From positions 7,352,043-7,416,042 of the forward strand of contig CM082593.2 in assembly GCA_040954595.2 (NCBI GenBank): a stretch of 64,000 bases of DNA, in the 5' to 3' direction. Numbering within the stretch: the first letter of the stretch is position 1; every line of letters starts with the position of its first letter. Shown here piece by piece: positions 27,006 through 40,575 of this stretch. The DNA comes from Balanoglossus misakiensis (Eukaryota > Animalia > Hemichordata). The notes beneath the pieces were generated by a model, which saw only the letters and a list, made by a program, of their open reading frames with translations, was not told where the DNA came from and ran no database searches. The position numbers and the translations under genes were made by a program.

Positions 27006-30000
27006 TGTTCAATGAAGTACGGCAATTTTTTTGAGAAAGTCCCCAGAACAAAAGAGTTTCTGGCGATTGACGGGAACGTTCCATTCACTTGCAAGGGGGA
27101 GGGGCTGCGTGTGTGTCCGTCAATGTACATCGTGTTCAAGTGCATGCGAATCTTCAGTTGTGTGACAGTGTCTCAAATTTGATATAACTTAATGTTTTAA
27201 GGTTATTTAAGCTTTTCTACGAAATTTGGGGGTAAATTCCGCAGTTTAAGGGCAAATTTAGGGTACCGGACTCCCCTACAATTTGGCATTGGTATGGCCC
27301 ATTTGTATATCTGTCATATCGCCGACAAGTTGGGCGGAGACATCAGAGGCCGGGCACAATGAGGTGTGAAGTTCGTCTGAAAAGTGCGGACGAGACGTTG
27401 ATCACGCTGATTCAATTCAATATTCATGACTTTGGCCGATCAGCATTGTTTGGTTGTCGGGAAAACTTTGACAAAGATGTGTACTAGTATGTAAGTGATG
27501 CTATCCGCTGAATAAGCGACGTACCATTGGTGCGCGTGTAGTATGACGTCAAGAAAAAGTTACGATTTCAGCGAGGCTCGTTTCTGTAAACGAAACATCT
27601 TCTTGATCTAAACAAATTTAAAGATATAAGTGTAGCTTCAAAAAGTGACAAGACCAACAATTCGTACTACATTTTTCATGAAAAACGTAAAAGAACTGCC
27701 TTCATGAACATGATTAGCCTAAGCTTATCATGTAGGGCTTCATATTCGTGCAGGTAGCCTTATTGTTGTGTAGTGTGGTAAGGTGTAGTGTAGTAAAGAG
27801 GCACAAGCTTATATGTCCGAGTATCGGGTGACTTAGAGAGAGAAATACAGACAGATATACAGAGAGGGAGAGCATTTTCTTCGAATCTTCTATTTTATTT
27901 GCGCCCATTTATATCACATACGGTTGTCAGACGAGATACCATCGAAAACCCCACCGAGAATTACACACCTTTACCACCAAAAAACACTTGTAAATTAAAC
28001 CTGTCAAAACTGTTAGTAAATATTGTGTTGTTTGTTTTCCGTTTCACAACAAGACCCGAACGATTAAAACTTCAAAGCTCGGTGTCCTTGCCGACTCATT
28101 CCGAAACGTCTTCCCCATCTCATGTACCGGTGGCCATACCGTTGTGTTTTCCGTCAGAAACCCCCAAATTCATGTAGAACTCGACTCGTGGAAATGTCTG
28201 TGAAATATACGATACAGTATAGTTCTTATCAAACCCTTATCGCCACTTGACAAATTTCACCTCCCGTTTAATCCGACAAGAAGGTGAGAACTAAGTAGTG
28301 GACCAATTACGCTGTGACACATGTACCGAAATTCGATTTTTATTTCGCGACGGATTTGAAGATCTCTGAAATTATCGCGTTGCTGTACACTAGGAATTGC
28401 GTGCTTTCACGAAATGTTACTTGTATCGGTCTCTCCTCGTGTTAAGCGATGACTGGAAAAAGGCCATCAGTTATCTGGAACTACATCAATCTTTATTTGC
28501 TTATCATTATCCCTTTAAGGTGTCTGGGATTAGTCACCTTCACGCCGAGGATAGACACCTTTTGGGGGAATGTGCTCAAGACACATGTGGTTATTCCATA
28601 CAAACCGTCAGCCAAACACTTACTCCAATTACTCTATATGTGGTTACATACCAAAGACACATTTACCGTACTAAAATCGGGAATTTTCATACGAAAAGTT
28701 TATCGTGTTTGCCCGGCTATTCGTTACTCTATAAATTTTCGCCAAAAGACAACGGTGTAACTATTAAAGTATTTAGCCATTTAACCGACAGTAGATTGAA
28801 ATAACTCGACACTGATAATTGCCTTGTTTGTAACGCCTTGAGCAAATTAAGCTTCGGAAAGTTTTCGGGTAGCGACAAAGACGACCGAAGAAGCGTCGAA
28901 TTATCACCAGAAACGCGACAAAGGAAATTTGAAATATCTCTCTTTCTTTGATGTTTTAACGGAAGAGAAACGTGGAGTGAACACAATCAAATCATACGCG
29001 CCGACAAGACAATGCGTTTGATTCAATCACGACCAACGGCGCGCGCGCGTGAATCGCCTTATCAATCGCGCGAAGTAAAACCATCGTCACATGATCAAAG
29101 GCGGCTCTTTTCGGGAAGCCGTGCTGTGAATCGGACGCGGTAATGCCGCACACGGTATAGACACACCGACATGTGAACTGATGTATCACGCATGTTTGCT
29201 GTCGATCTTGCGGCAATTGCAAGTCATATGCACAATCTTTATTTAATTATTATTTCATGTACGAGACTCTCATATCATGATATTACTTAAAGGGAAAGTA
29301 GCTCATTGTCTTTCTGTTGTTGTTGTCGTTTGTGGTGGGTACCGAAAAAGCGATTTATGATAAGCTTTGCGACGTTTCATCATTGCTCGTACCATCTTGT
29401 GCAGAATGTTTATAGACGCATGTTCACATATTGTTGGACTCAGTCTTCCGTGCATTCTTGGGGAGCGAGCGGCGAAATTTGGGTATCGTGTTTTTGGACG
29501 GTGTGCGTCAAACCAAGACAAATTTTAAATGCGTTTTGTGCTGACGTATGGGGGCATGTGGCGGAACAAAACACACCCATTCTGCCGATGCACTCACGCA
29601 GCCAGCGGTGGAAAAGGCGCCGGTCTCCGCCGCCCCAAGAAGACTTTCACTATTCTGTCACCCGTGGGCGCACTGATCCATCCCACGCATTCCACTGTAA
29701 ATCTTGTGGAGATCTGCGAACTTTCCAAACCTCTCATCCAACTGGGTAAAGTCAAATCAGGCAACTCACACGATGGAGACTCGTTAAAGACCAGCCTTGG
29801 TCAAAATTGCTTGTCATTACTATGTCTGAAACTATCGGGGAACTATTACTAGAATACCGACAATGTTCAATTTCTGGAAGAAAATGCTCAAAATGGTCGG
29901 TTACTTGATGGGAAAGATGCGTGTCTTTTGATTACTTCCCAAATTGGCCACGTAAACATTAAAGCGAAGCACCCGTGACAAATTGTGGGTTTGCTGCGGG

Positions 30001-32468
30001 GCATAAACCCGCACACCGTAGCCGAAATGAATTAATCCTTGATGAGGTACATTTTGGAAGAGATGCATGGCATTCGGAACGATTTCGCCCAGTTGACTCA
30101 TGCGATGCGGTCAATGGCAACGTGTACGTGTACGCCCGGCGCGCGGCTCTCTGCCTAAAGCGATGTACACCTACGCGTCCGTTGCTATCGTTACCGTGTC
30201 CGGGGAACCTCTTCTGCCACGGAACCAGTTTCTTAGCCTGGGGCGTTTGCACGTTTTCTGTGAAATTGCACACTATTGAGTGTATTATTGAACGATAAGG
30301 GCTTGGAATAACATTTATAGTAATTAGGGCGAAGCAAATCCGACCGGATCCCGGGCAAACCCGAACCGGATCATCACGGTCTTAATTTGGGATGTTCATT
30401 TGACTTATCGACAACGGTAACTAACATCCGCTCATCTATTTTGGGATACGTTCATTTATTCATGACTGGGCAAAACAATTTGAAAACAAACGAAATTGTA
30501 GTATTCTGTGTGGCTACCTGCCCACAGATACAGGTTATATGCCAGAAACATGAAAAACATTTTGCATTTTCATTGTTTTGTAACGTTTTTACCTCAAAAT
30601 ATGAGGTCAGCAAATAAGTAAATCAGCGTAGCCTAAAATAGATGCATGAGCGCGTGTTAGTTGTAAATTTTATTAAAACGACTCAGTGGAAGTTGTTGTT
30701 AACGTTTTCAATGACATTAAATCGGGAAATGCCACATTACACGAATAATCGGCTTTAGATTCGACTTTTAAAAAAGCGATGTTTATGTCAATCTCGTGAA
30801 GCTTATTGGTTCAAACATGATATCCTGGTAATCTGTTGGTGTGAGTTCATTATTTTGAGTATAAACTCTGAAAAAGTCTATGATTCCATCGAATTTGCGC
30901 GGTCTAACTCATCCGAGAACACACAAAATAAACCACGCGCACAAAAAGATGAATCGTGCATGATGTCACGTGGAGTGGCGTGTAATTTCATAACCAAGAA
31001 AACACAAAAAAATATCGTGCTCTATTTGTATTCTAAATTTTCAGAGCGAATGATCTATTTGAGTAAAATACCATGAGAAAAAGTTTCAGACATCGACGAT
31101 TTTCGAGGCGCGTACTACGGGCCCCAAGCGCTAAGATGTGTCGTGATGCATATCATGGGTTGAAAAATCGTGATTTAGGATTTGAATCAAAGATTGCAGA
31201 GTTACCCACTCTAAACTCAGACATCATGTGCATGTATTTCCCTGTCTATTCTGATTTCATACCAGCAAATGACTGAGCATAATTCAAGTTTATTTGTGGT
31301 CGTTTTATACGTGTCAGTAACAGGCCGCTAATAGATCCTGGGTAACGCATATTCAGCGACGTGTACATGATTCTTGGGTTTATATGGCACTAATACACCG
31401 CAGTGAATTTGCGTTCATCGCACATCTATTGGAATGACGTCACGCTGCAATCACTTCCACTTAATACCAGAAGCTCTTGGCATGTCAATGACCTTCGGGG
31501 GTCACATGTAGTCCTGTCCGTGTTGTAAACAACATGCAACAGACCCGTTTCCCAGAACCCATTTTCCGTATCTGTGTTCACGTTCGTTTTAAAAAATACA
31601 TAAAGTCGCTTTTTTAAAGAATGGGGATGAACTCAATTGGAATCATAGGCGTACGAGACGAGTGAGCAGTGAAAGCCAATCCAGTGTAGTACATGTATTC
31701 ATTTCCGGTTTTACTTGAAGACGGTGTGACGTCACGCAGTTCGTACACTTTGACCCCTTACGTGCGGCCGCGCTGCCACCTGTTGAATAAAGCGAATTTA
31801 CAATAAAAGATGCTCGTTCAACTTGGATCAAGAAATGCTATTAGCCCCCAAACGAGTTGTGCTGTAAAAATTTGATATCTTGTTCGGCGAAGTAGTACAA
31901 AAATTGCCCCTTTGATATTTTACTGTACCCCATAGGTTGTACACGGTTACGGAAAAAGACTACTGAATTGCAGCTTTGTACCAGCTGTTGGTGTTTCTGG
32001 CCTGTTCCATGTCCGATATGTGTTAGGAAGTGGCAATGTGGGCCTTCGCTTCTACGGTGTATTGACTCTAACATTGTGCGCGCACGAATCCTGTAACTTT
32101 CCATGGAGCAACTAGTCTTCTCGCGTGATACGGATGTGGATCGCCTTGGCCAATATTTTAACTGAAAACTTTTGTTGAGTGTTGGTGAAACGGTCCGTGA
32201 CGGGCGTTGAAGCATATAGAAAGCTGTGAGAAAGCTCTCAATGTCTATAATAATCTAACGTGAGGTAATTTCTAGTAACTATACGGCGTGGCCGAATATG
32301 AAAAACACTCGGATGTAGACCTACTCGATTTTCAACAGGTCACTGAAATGGAAAGTTTTCTTTGGGGGAGGGGTCACAGTGGAAAATTGAAATCACAGCA
32401 ACACACTTGCACAAGGAAGGGAAGACAATAATCTTTGTTATGTATATTTAAATTTTAAGCAGCTTCGC

Positions 32469-32479
32469 GGGGAAACCCC
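32469..32479 (+). promoter_or_regulatory. NF-kB (kappaB) site upstream of IL-17 copy 1
   Basis: GGGGAAACCCC about 120 nt upstream of TATATAA (about 32597). Confidence 0.65.
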
Positions 32480-32711
32480 GGGGTTAAGGAACACTGAGGC
32501 GAGCGTCGTCTGTGAAGAGCATGTGATGTGAACAGGCAAGCGCACCCTACTTTCCAACGTTAGCGCATATTCCGAAATTAGACTTGAGTTTCTTGTATAT
32601 ATAATCTCTCCGACATAGAGATGAAGATACAAGTCTACAAACTGAGCTCCAGCCTAAAAGCCGAGAAGTTTTCTATCAGACTAACTTACACTCTCAACTG
32701 TACTATCAGAT

Positions 32712-33519
32712 ATGGCAGGGTTCGACTCGAGAAATTTGAAAACAAAGCGAACGGTAAGATTTCTGTCACATGATGGAGACAAAACTCCACTAAGTTGTAC
32801 TTCTGTCGGCAGTCTAGTTTTCCGGACAGAAAAACACCTGTTTGCATTGTGACACGTGACAAATTGACAATCGAAGTGACCAATTGGCATCGAAATCACA
32901 CTGGAATTGTACTGATAACTAAGAAAATGACACGTTCACTTACGTGAACATGAGAGATTGCGTCTATCTTATTTTTATACGCTAACATCATTTGACATGC
33001 TCATATAGTACATTAATGAGAATTATTTACGTCGATTTTCAGGCAGTTGTTATCGTTTGGCTTCTGTTTGGTATCTGTGGTACCAGCGCTGGGCCTGTCT
33101 GTCAGCATCCAAGCGATGACGAACTCCGAGCGATGCTGAGTCAGTACGTACCGAACGCCCTCTCCTTCGCCACCTCTCCCGGTGCCTTCAGCGCCCCAGC
33201 CTCGACGGACTGCCCGGTCGGTTACGGCAGCGGCGCTCCCCTGTCGCTGAGGTCCAACTGCCCTTACTACAACGTGGAGAACACCGACGAGGAACGCTTC
33301 CCGAAGACCCTGGTGGAAGCCGAGTGCTACCGCTGCCAAAAGTGCATCACCGATCTGCGCGACGAGAGCGACTACCACCCGCTGTGGCGCTGCGAGAAGC
33401 TGACGGCCAAAGTCTGGGTGTTGCGCGACAGCGGAGTCTGCATCAACGGCCTGTACCAGTACAACGCCGTCCAGGTAAACGTCGGTCTGGCTTGCACATG
33501 CGGAAGGGAACGATTGTAA
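32712..33519 (+). CDS. IL17: Interleukin-17 family cytokine, copy 1
   Basis: Exon 1 32712-32753 (MAGFDSRNLKTKRT|gtaaga), exon 2 33043-33519 (phase 0). Signal peptide, RSNCPY, DEERFPKTLVEAEC and terminal CTC are IL-17 cystine-knot hallmarks. Confidence 0.9.
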
Positions 33520-36500
33520 GCATCTTGCGGCCGAGTACGTCCCGACTAGCATCTTCCGGGAACCCAGGCTTCTAAAAGTTTCTCAGATCGCATCTAAATC
33601 TAAATGAAAAGCTCATGCATTTACAGAAAAGTTTCTTTTTATAAACATACCAATTTGAATTTTATTTTGCAGCATTATGAAAAGCGTTTTGGGCACATGG
33701 CAATATTCGTCTCACTGAGATGGATAGTCGCGCACACTTTTGAAGATATTTGATTATTCGTACATCTGTCACACTCAAACTCTGTTTGCATGAGGCAGGT
33801 ACAAGACGTTGTCTTGTCGTCAAAGATATTACTTACTAATTTATTTAAAATAAGCGTATATAACATTTTGACATTCACGATGCTGACCACTTTACAAAGT
33901 AAATGACGTGTCAGCTTGAGTTGCCAATTTTTTTTTCTGACCACGCAAGTTATGCATCCAATTATTCATTGGGTAACGGGCAGCATGTGAACTTTGACCC
34001 GTAAAGGTGATAGTTCACACAGATCCGCCAAGTGCTCAGTGATCTATCAATGTATGTTACGTTTTCAGTGACACCATTTGTAAGTTGTTACAACTTAAAT
34101 ACATGTAATCGATTGTCATCGATTGCTAAAAATATTTATTTGAAAGTAAATGTTTTTATACATTTTTGAAAAAAAATATCAATGCAGAAAAATTATTCTT
34201 TTTTTTGGCTATTGATACAATTTGTAGTTTCTTTTTACAAATGCTATCAGGAGTTTACATTTTCGTATATGAATTAATCAGTTGTATTTGATTACTTCGA
34301 AAATGTATTCTAATTTATTTTTACATATGTAAAACAAAAACTTATCCTTGAATTGTATTTATTTATATTTTAGTCATATGTATCTTTAATTTATCATGCT
34401 AACTTAATTTTTGTTACAATTTAGCTAAATAAATATGTTTTGGTGCACTATATCTTCAAGTTGTGTGTGCATTTCATTCTCGGGGGAAAGCATGGAAATT
34501 TGTGTTTTTCTTCTTCTGGCGTTTTCACTTCTTGATTGCTGTCAGTATTTAGACGGCAAGATGCCGGGATCATGGACAGGGACGGTGTCCCATGTATGCT
34601 GTCGACAAGCGCTTGTGCCGTTTTGGTCCGGCGTTGTTATATAACTGCGCGTTCATGAAACACTGAATTCACACGGAAATCGTCTACGGCAGCACCTGCG
34701 TCGCCAACTTACACAAAGAAGGCGTGAGCGACTGCTAACAGTCCGTCTACCATGTCAAAATGCGTAATGACACCACTCTATAAGAAGATGGCTTGCTGAT
34801 GTTAAACTACGTTCTCCAGAAGGCCGCATGGTCTTCGACGATTTTGTGAAAATTACTCAAGTTGCAGATTCTCGACCTCGGAAGAAGCGCACATATAGTT
34901 ACATACAAAGTTCGGCAAGGGTGTGTCATCTTTTGTGAAATATTTGACCCAGACCCGGAAAAGTACTTAATATACTATCTCGTGAATCTTTTGTTGTAAA
35001 ATCTATGCCTTACTTTCATTAAACTCCCAGGGGAATATAGGCGATCCGGTGCATAAATCTAAAAATAACTTCGCCGACGTCACTTGCACGTTTGGTATGC
35101 GGATATAGACACGATATGCGCTCCTCTGTTATTAGGCCCCGCCCACGTTGTCTCTTGTGTTGTTTTGTGTTGTTTTTGTTTATTTGGGATGGGTTACCAG
35201 TAACAACGCTAAAACTGCATGAGATAATCACTGTGAGTATGGGCTATATGACGTATACATTCCAATGGTCTATCAAGTGTGGAAATGTCTACATTGCAGT
35301 ACACGTACGTCACCACTGAGTCACCTGAGTCAGGCCTACTAGCTACAGTCGAGGGCAGCCGATAATTCGTTTTACTCAACCGAGTCGTTGATGGCGCACC
35401 TCATATGCAGACAGACAAATCGGTGCCCTTCTTTACTTATATGTTTTGACCTTCCTACAACAACTCAAATCAATCATATCAAATCAAGATATTCTTTACA
35501 CTGTGGCCTTCGGAGTCTTAAGTATTACTTGACAGGTCTACTATTTCGGTAAATATCTGTAGACAACGCAAATCTGATAACAGCTGTATGAGGAGACCAT
35601 CCCGGGAGACCATATACCGAAAAACATGACCCATTTTTTTTATAACCACAACTTTGACGCTATTTTAAGTCTAATTATGTCATAACCCGACAACACATTT
35701 TGAACAGCGTAATATCCGCGTCGCACCCGATCCTGTTTGGTCAACAAAAATACAAACAAACAAGCACCCTTCGCAGCAGACGTCACAAAATACTTGTAGG
35801 TCATTCGAACAATAGAGGTGAAACGCACTGTTTCATGATGGCGCAGCGTGGACAGTGACTCTCCCTATAGGCCTATCGCTAATTGAGCAAAATCCTACGC
35901 GTACTAGGAAGCATTCGAGAATTAAAACTGAAGTATAAGCTTAAACAGTATCGACTGATCATTTTGGGAAGTGCTGAAGACAACAGCTACGCCCGGAAAG
36001 TTACATGTTGTTCTAACTTTGTTGTTCTGTTCCGACTTCCACCCGGATGTGAACCGTGACCACAAACCCCGTTATACCGGAGCTAGTCCGAAAGGCGCGC
36101 CACTAAACACCATTCCATTCCAAGACAATGATTATCCACGTCAGATAAGACAAATATCACTGCCTGCAATTAAAAAAACATACATTGTTCGTGAATAGAA
36201 TGGGGACAAAATGGTCATTTCAGTTTTCCTGGTTGGACGTCACTGCACGTGCAACAGGTTGCTCTGACGTCATCCAGTCAGCAGACGACATCTGTTTGAA
36301 GAGATTTTGTTCGGTAGATCACTGTCGACTGGATGATGGATAGAGGAGGAAAACAACGGCTTTCTAAAAACCGCTATAGCTGCTTTCTGTATACTGATAA
36401 ACTACAATAAACCAAAACTGGATCAAATGAGATACCAGTGCTCATTTTTGCCCATTGAAAGTCAAATAATCAGCATTGTGTTAGTAAAAATTAAAAACCG

Positions 36501-36807
36501 TTTTTGAAGTGACAAGAACAAGAAAATATACAAATTAAACTTTATTTAATAATGTAAAAGTTTGACTGTCCTTTACCGTCGAAAAGGTCACGTGACCATT
36601 ACATAGAATACTGCAAGCAGAGCACGTAAATTTCCAGGATGCTTATTAATAAACAATCGTTATGATGAATTATTTCGGAATTCCATCGTGGTTGTACTAA
36701 ACCCAATGAATACGTAATGATTTACTCTCCATTCGTGCTCATAGCATCTGCTGCACTAACGCGTTGTAGCTAGGCGTGGCGTGGCACGTTTCCAAGTGAC
36801 ATCATAA

Positions 36808-36818
36808 GGGGAAGTCCC
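36808..36818 (-). promoter_or_regulatory. NF-kB site upstream of IL-17 copy 2
   Basis: GGGGAAGTCCC (reverse complement GGGACTTCCCC) about 600 nt upstream of the ATG. Confidence 0.55.
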
Positions 36819-37413
36819 GATTCAGGAAGAGGAGTCACGTTACTAAATTTGTCGCGCAAATCTCTAAAAGATGAACGCATCTATCTTGGTTGTTGACACA
36901 AAATGTATAAAAACTGAAGTTTTGAAGTGAACAGGTATTCGGGCTGACCAAGACAGACAGACAGAGAGACAAACCAAGACACAGACAGCAGCGGTAGTCG
37001 GCGATCGACGGTCTTGTAGCGTCCAGTTGCAGCATCACGTGACATCTATTGGTTGAATCAAGAACCCCCTAAACCCCCTCCCCTCCAAAAAAACTCCCAG
37101 TGGAATACCGAACATCATGATGAAATCGAAATATGTGGTGAGTTTGTCCACTATGGAGAACGTTGTGTTTAACAATGTATAGTATTTTAATGGGAGAGTT
37201 GTTCTATGCAAGACGGCCAGGTCTTCAGGGATAAAGAAAACCAGAGTTGTTCATGGCGATGCCCTTTGCCATTGGGTTTTTTTTTGTCGAAAGAAAACGA
37301 CTTTGAATACTTCTGCGTATCGGGTTTACAGCTCTGCAGACGAACACTGTTTGTATCCTTTAATAGGCTGAATGACGTAAAACTCTGAGTAAAGATAAAC
37401 CATTTTACTGTGT

Positions 37414-38047
37414 ATGATAAAACTAGTGAAGACAAACTTAGTATGTCAAGCATCACGACCGCATCCATGATGCGTATTTATTTGTGTGGAGAGGGAACAT
37501 TTACTTTTTCTTTTCTTTTTAAAATCAAATTTAACAAATCTACGTTTCCGATTGTTTGCAGGTTGCCATTATTGTCTGTGTCATTTGTATCTGTGGTATC
37601 CATGGCAACCCAGTCAAGCGAGATGCGTGTCAACACCCGAGCCAAGACGATCTCCGAGCTATGCTGAGCCAGTACACCAACAACGCCCTTTCCTTCGCGA
37701 CGACACCGGGAGCCCACAGCCCGCCTAATTCGTCAGCCTGTCCCGGCGACGACTACGGGCGTGGAGCTCCCTTGGAACTGCGATCCAACTGCCCGTTCTA
37801 CAACGTCGAAGACACCGACGACCAGCGCTACCCGCCCACCTTGCTTCAAGCCGAATGTTACCAGTGCAAGAACTGCTTAGACGACTCCAGAGAATCCGGG
37901 TATCACGTGATGTACAGATGTGAGAAACTCACGCATCACGTTTGGGTCTTACGTAACAGTAATATTTGCATCGGGGGAATTTACCAGTACAACGCCGTGC
38001 AAATCGACATACCTGTTGCTTGCACATGCGCAAGAGAGAGACGGTAA
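37414..38047 (+). CDS. IL17: Interleukin-17 family cytokine, copy 2
   Basis: Probable exon 1 37414-37440 (MIKLVKTNL|gtatgt), exon 2 37562-38047. RSNCPF, DQRYPPTLLQAEC, CTC. AATAAA at 38545. Confidence 0.9.
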
Positions 38048-40575
38048 AACCCGGCGGAGTGGTTTAGGTTTTCACGTCTTGGTAAAACATCCAATGTGAA
38101 GACATATCTTTCACTTACAAGGTATATCGAATACTAGTAACTATGCTATAAGTGTATTTGTTACTATTTCTGAAACCTGTTTGTAGATATTTATTACGAT
38201 AAAGCATACGCACATTTAGGTGTATTACTAAAAGTATTTTACAATGTAAAATTCATATTTCAAGTTGTCCAGTCGTCGACACAGCAAAACACATCACAGC
38301 ACAAATGCAAGGCACCCTTCCTTTATTTAATTGTCAACGCGCAAGTCATGCGTCTTTTTAACGTCCCATCAAAACAGACCTGACGTTGATATTCCACCGA
38401 AGGTCTTTTATTACGATGGGACTTTTATGTATGTTACGTTCTAGTGACATTAATTGTACTCCCAGTGAGAATTGCTTATCATATTTATTTCATTTTAAGT
38501 TATTTAAATTATTACACTTGTAGTCTGTGTGGGCTTTTCCTTACAATAAAACGCATTACATTAGAAACAATATTCCTCGTGTGTGTGATCGCTTTGCTGG
38601 AACTTGTACAATTTGATATCGTAATTATTATTGCGTGAAAATGAACATATAACAATGACTAGTCATAATCATTTAAGCGATGCATCACCACATTATGTGC
38701 GAAAACACCAGCGGATGACCTATCGAAATCGAAAAAGGGGTCTTTACGCAGGAGAATGCGTGCGTGGAACAGCGACAGGCTGCTTCGTCATTGGGAAACC
38801 GAATTTTTGAGTTTGGGGCGTGTATGAAGCCACGTTAGATGTAGACTTGCTCCAAGTCTATGGGCTTCATTATGTGTAGGGAACGCGCAGTCGACGCTAC
38901 CCGAAACCACAAGCTCAGTCCCAAATTCGAAACTCACCTCACTACCAAAAACACGCTCAAGGCAAGCATTCACGCAAAAAGTATTGAAATTATTTATTAA
39001 GACAAAAAAACCCACCGAAAACACATTAGGCCTAAGTATTGAGATTTAAAAATCACCAAGCGACTAGTGGGCTAGTCTAGATTGTATGACGCAGGGGGGC
39101 GTATAAGACTTATCTCCAAATTACTTATGGCTAAACTACTTCAGACGAAGTGGACGGAGTACAGATAATTTCTTGGGGACTAAACATTATGGCTCTATAC
39201 GCCTGGTGCGATGCGAAAAGCACAATCCTAAAGTTTGGTCCGGCGCCGGCAACGATATACAGGTCACGTGGTTTCCCTTTGACCTTTGCGCTACATTTTT
39301 TAAACTTTGTACTATATTTTCGATTGTTGTCCTTTTTTATTTTTATTGCTAATGTCAGACGTCACAATACGCAGACTGGACATGGTTTTCTTTATACTTC
39401 CGCATTGAACAAAACTATTTGCCTTATCCACTGTGAGTCACAACAGTCTCACTTGACACGGTTATAAAACTGGCGTACGTCACTGGCATTGGTAAGGCCA
39501 ACTTGAACAGAACGACCGACGATAAATTTCAGCTCCGGAATGGAAATTTCGTGCGCGATCCACCGTGATCCTGATTTTTTTTATTTTTACATTTAAGTTT
39601 TTTTTCTGATCGAGTTTCTCATATGCCCACGATTCGCTATTGCTGAGAAATGGGTGAAATGTTCACTCAAATTATTGTTGTTGACGTCACTGTGACGTGT
39701 GTGGCACCGGTTTTTCTAGATTGGAAGATCTGCTGTGAGTGGACTGTGGAAATACTCATAAATAACCCGGTACGGATACTACTTTTTTGAAAATTAGGTT
39801 AGGCAGGTCGGAAATCTTCTAGGATTTTGGATTTTTTCGAACTTCTGCTGTGTGTTTTGAAGGCGCCTAAAATGCCGGACTGTCACCAGTTCATGCACTT
39901 GGCTTTTAAATATTTGGGGTTGGTCAGCCTGAGAACCACAACAATGTTTCGGCCGTAGGCCTACAAAGGAGGGAAAGATCACCAAGAAAGATTTCTTCAT
40001 AAAAGTATAGTTCGCATAGTTTAATAATCTTTAAGTTTAATAGAGCTATGAAAAAAATCTCGACAGTGAAATATTTACAGTTTCAGTGATTTGTCTAAAC
40101 AAAAGTACATATTATAATCTTGTAAATTATATAAATAAAGTTCATTGTGTTCGCCATAAATAAAAGTTACAATAAACAAATTTATATAAAGAAAAAAATA
40201 CAACGGTGTTCTGTAATGTGTTCCTCGCAAGAAGGACAACTGACGTCACTAAAACGCAACATACATGAAATTCCCATAAGATGACCCTGTGTGGTTTAAT
40301 TTTGTCAATCCACGTCGTTTTGATGGGAACATAACTGTTATAACAAGACGCGTTACTTGCGTAATGATTAAAAAAAAGACACATATCAAGTCGCTGGATC
40401 CGAAGATAAAAAAATTAACTCGCAAACCCATTTAGACTGAAAATATGGCTGTTTAAAACATAAAATAATACAATTTCTACGTACTTTGTTGTGCTATGAA
40501 TGTAAGCACCATGAGTTTGTATTCGTTTCGGACGGATCTGTAATTTTGCGCCAATATGAACTAGTATATTTTGAG

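Noticed and set aside
29287-30300. TTAAAGGG start and faint THAP-like peptide fragments suggesting a decayed Kolobok transposon
   Set aside because: No matching right terminus or continuous domain could be established by eye.
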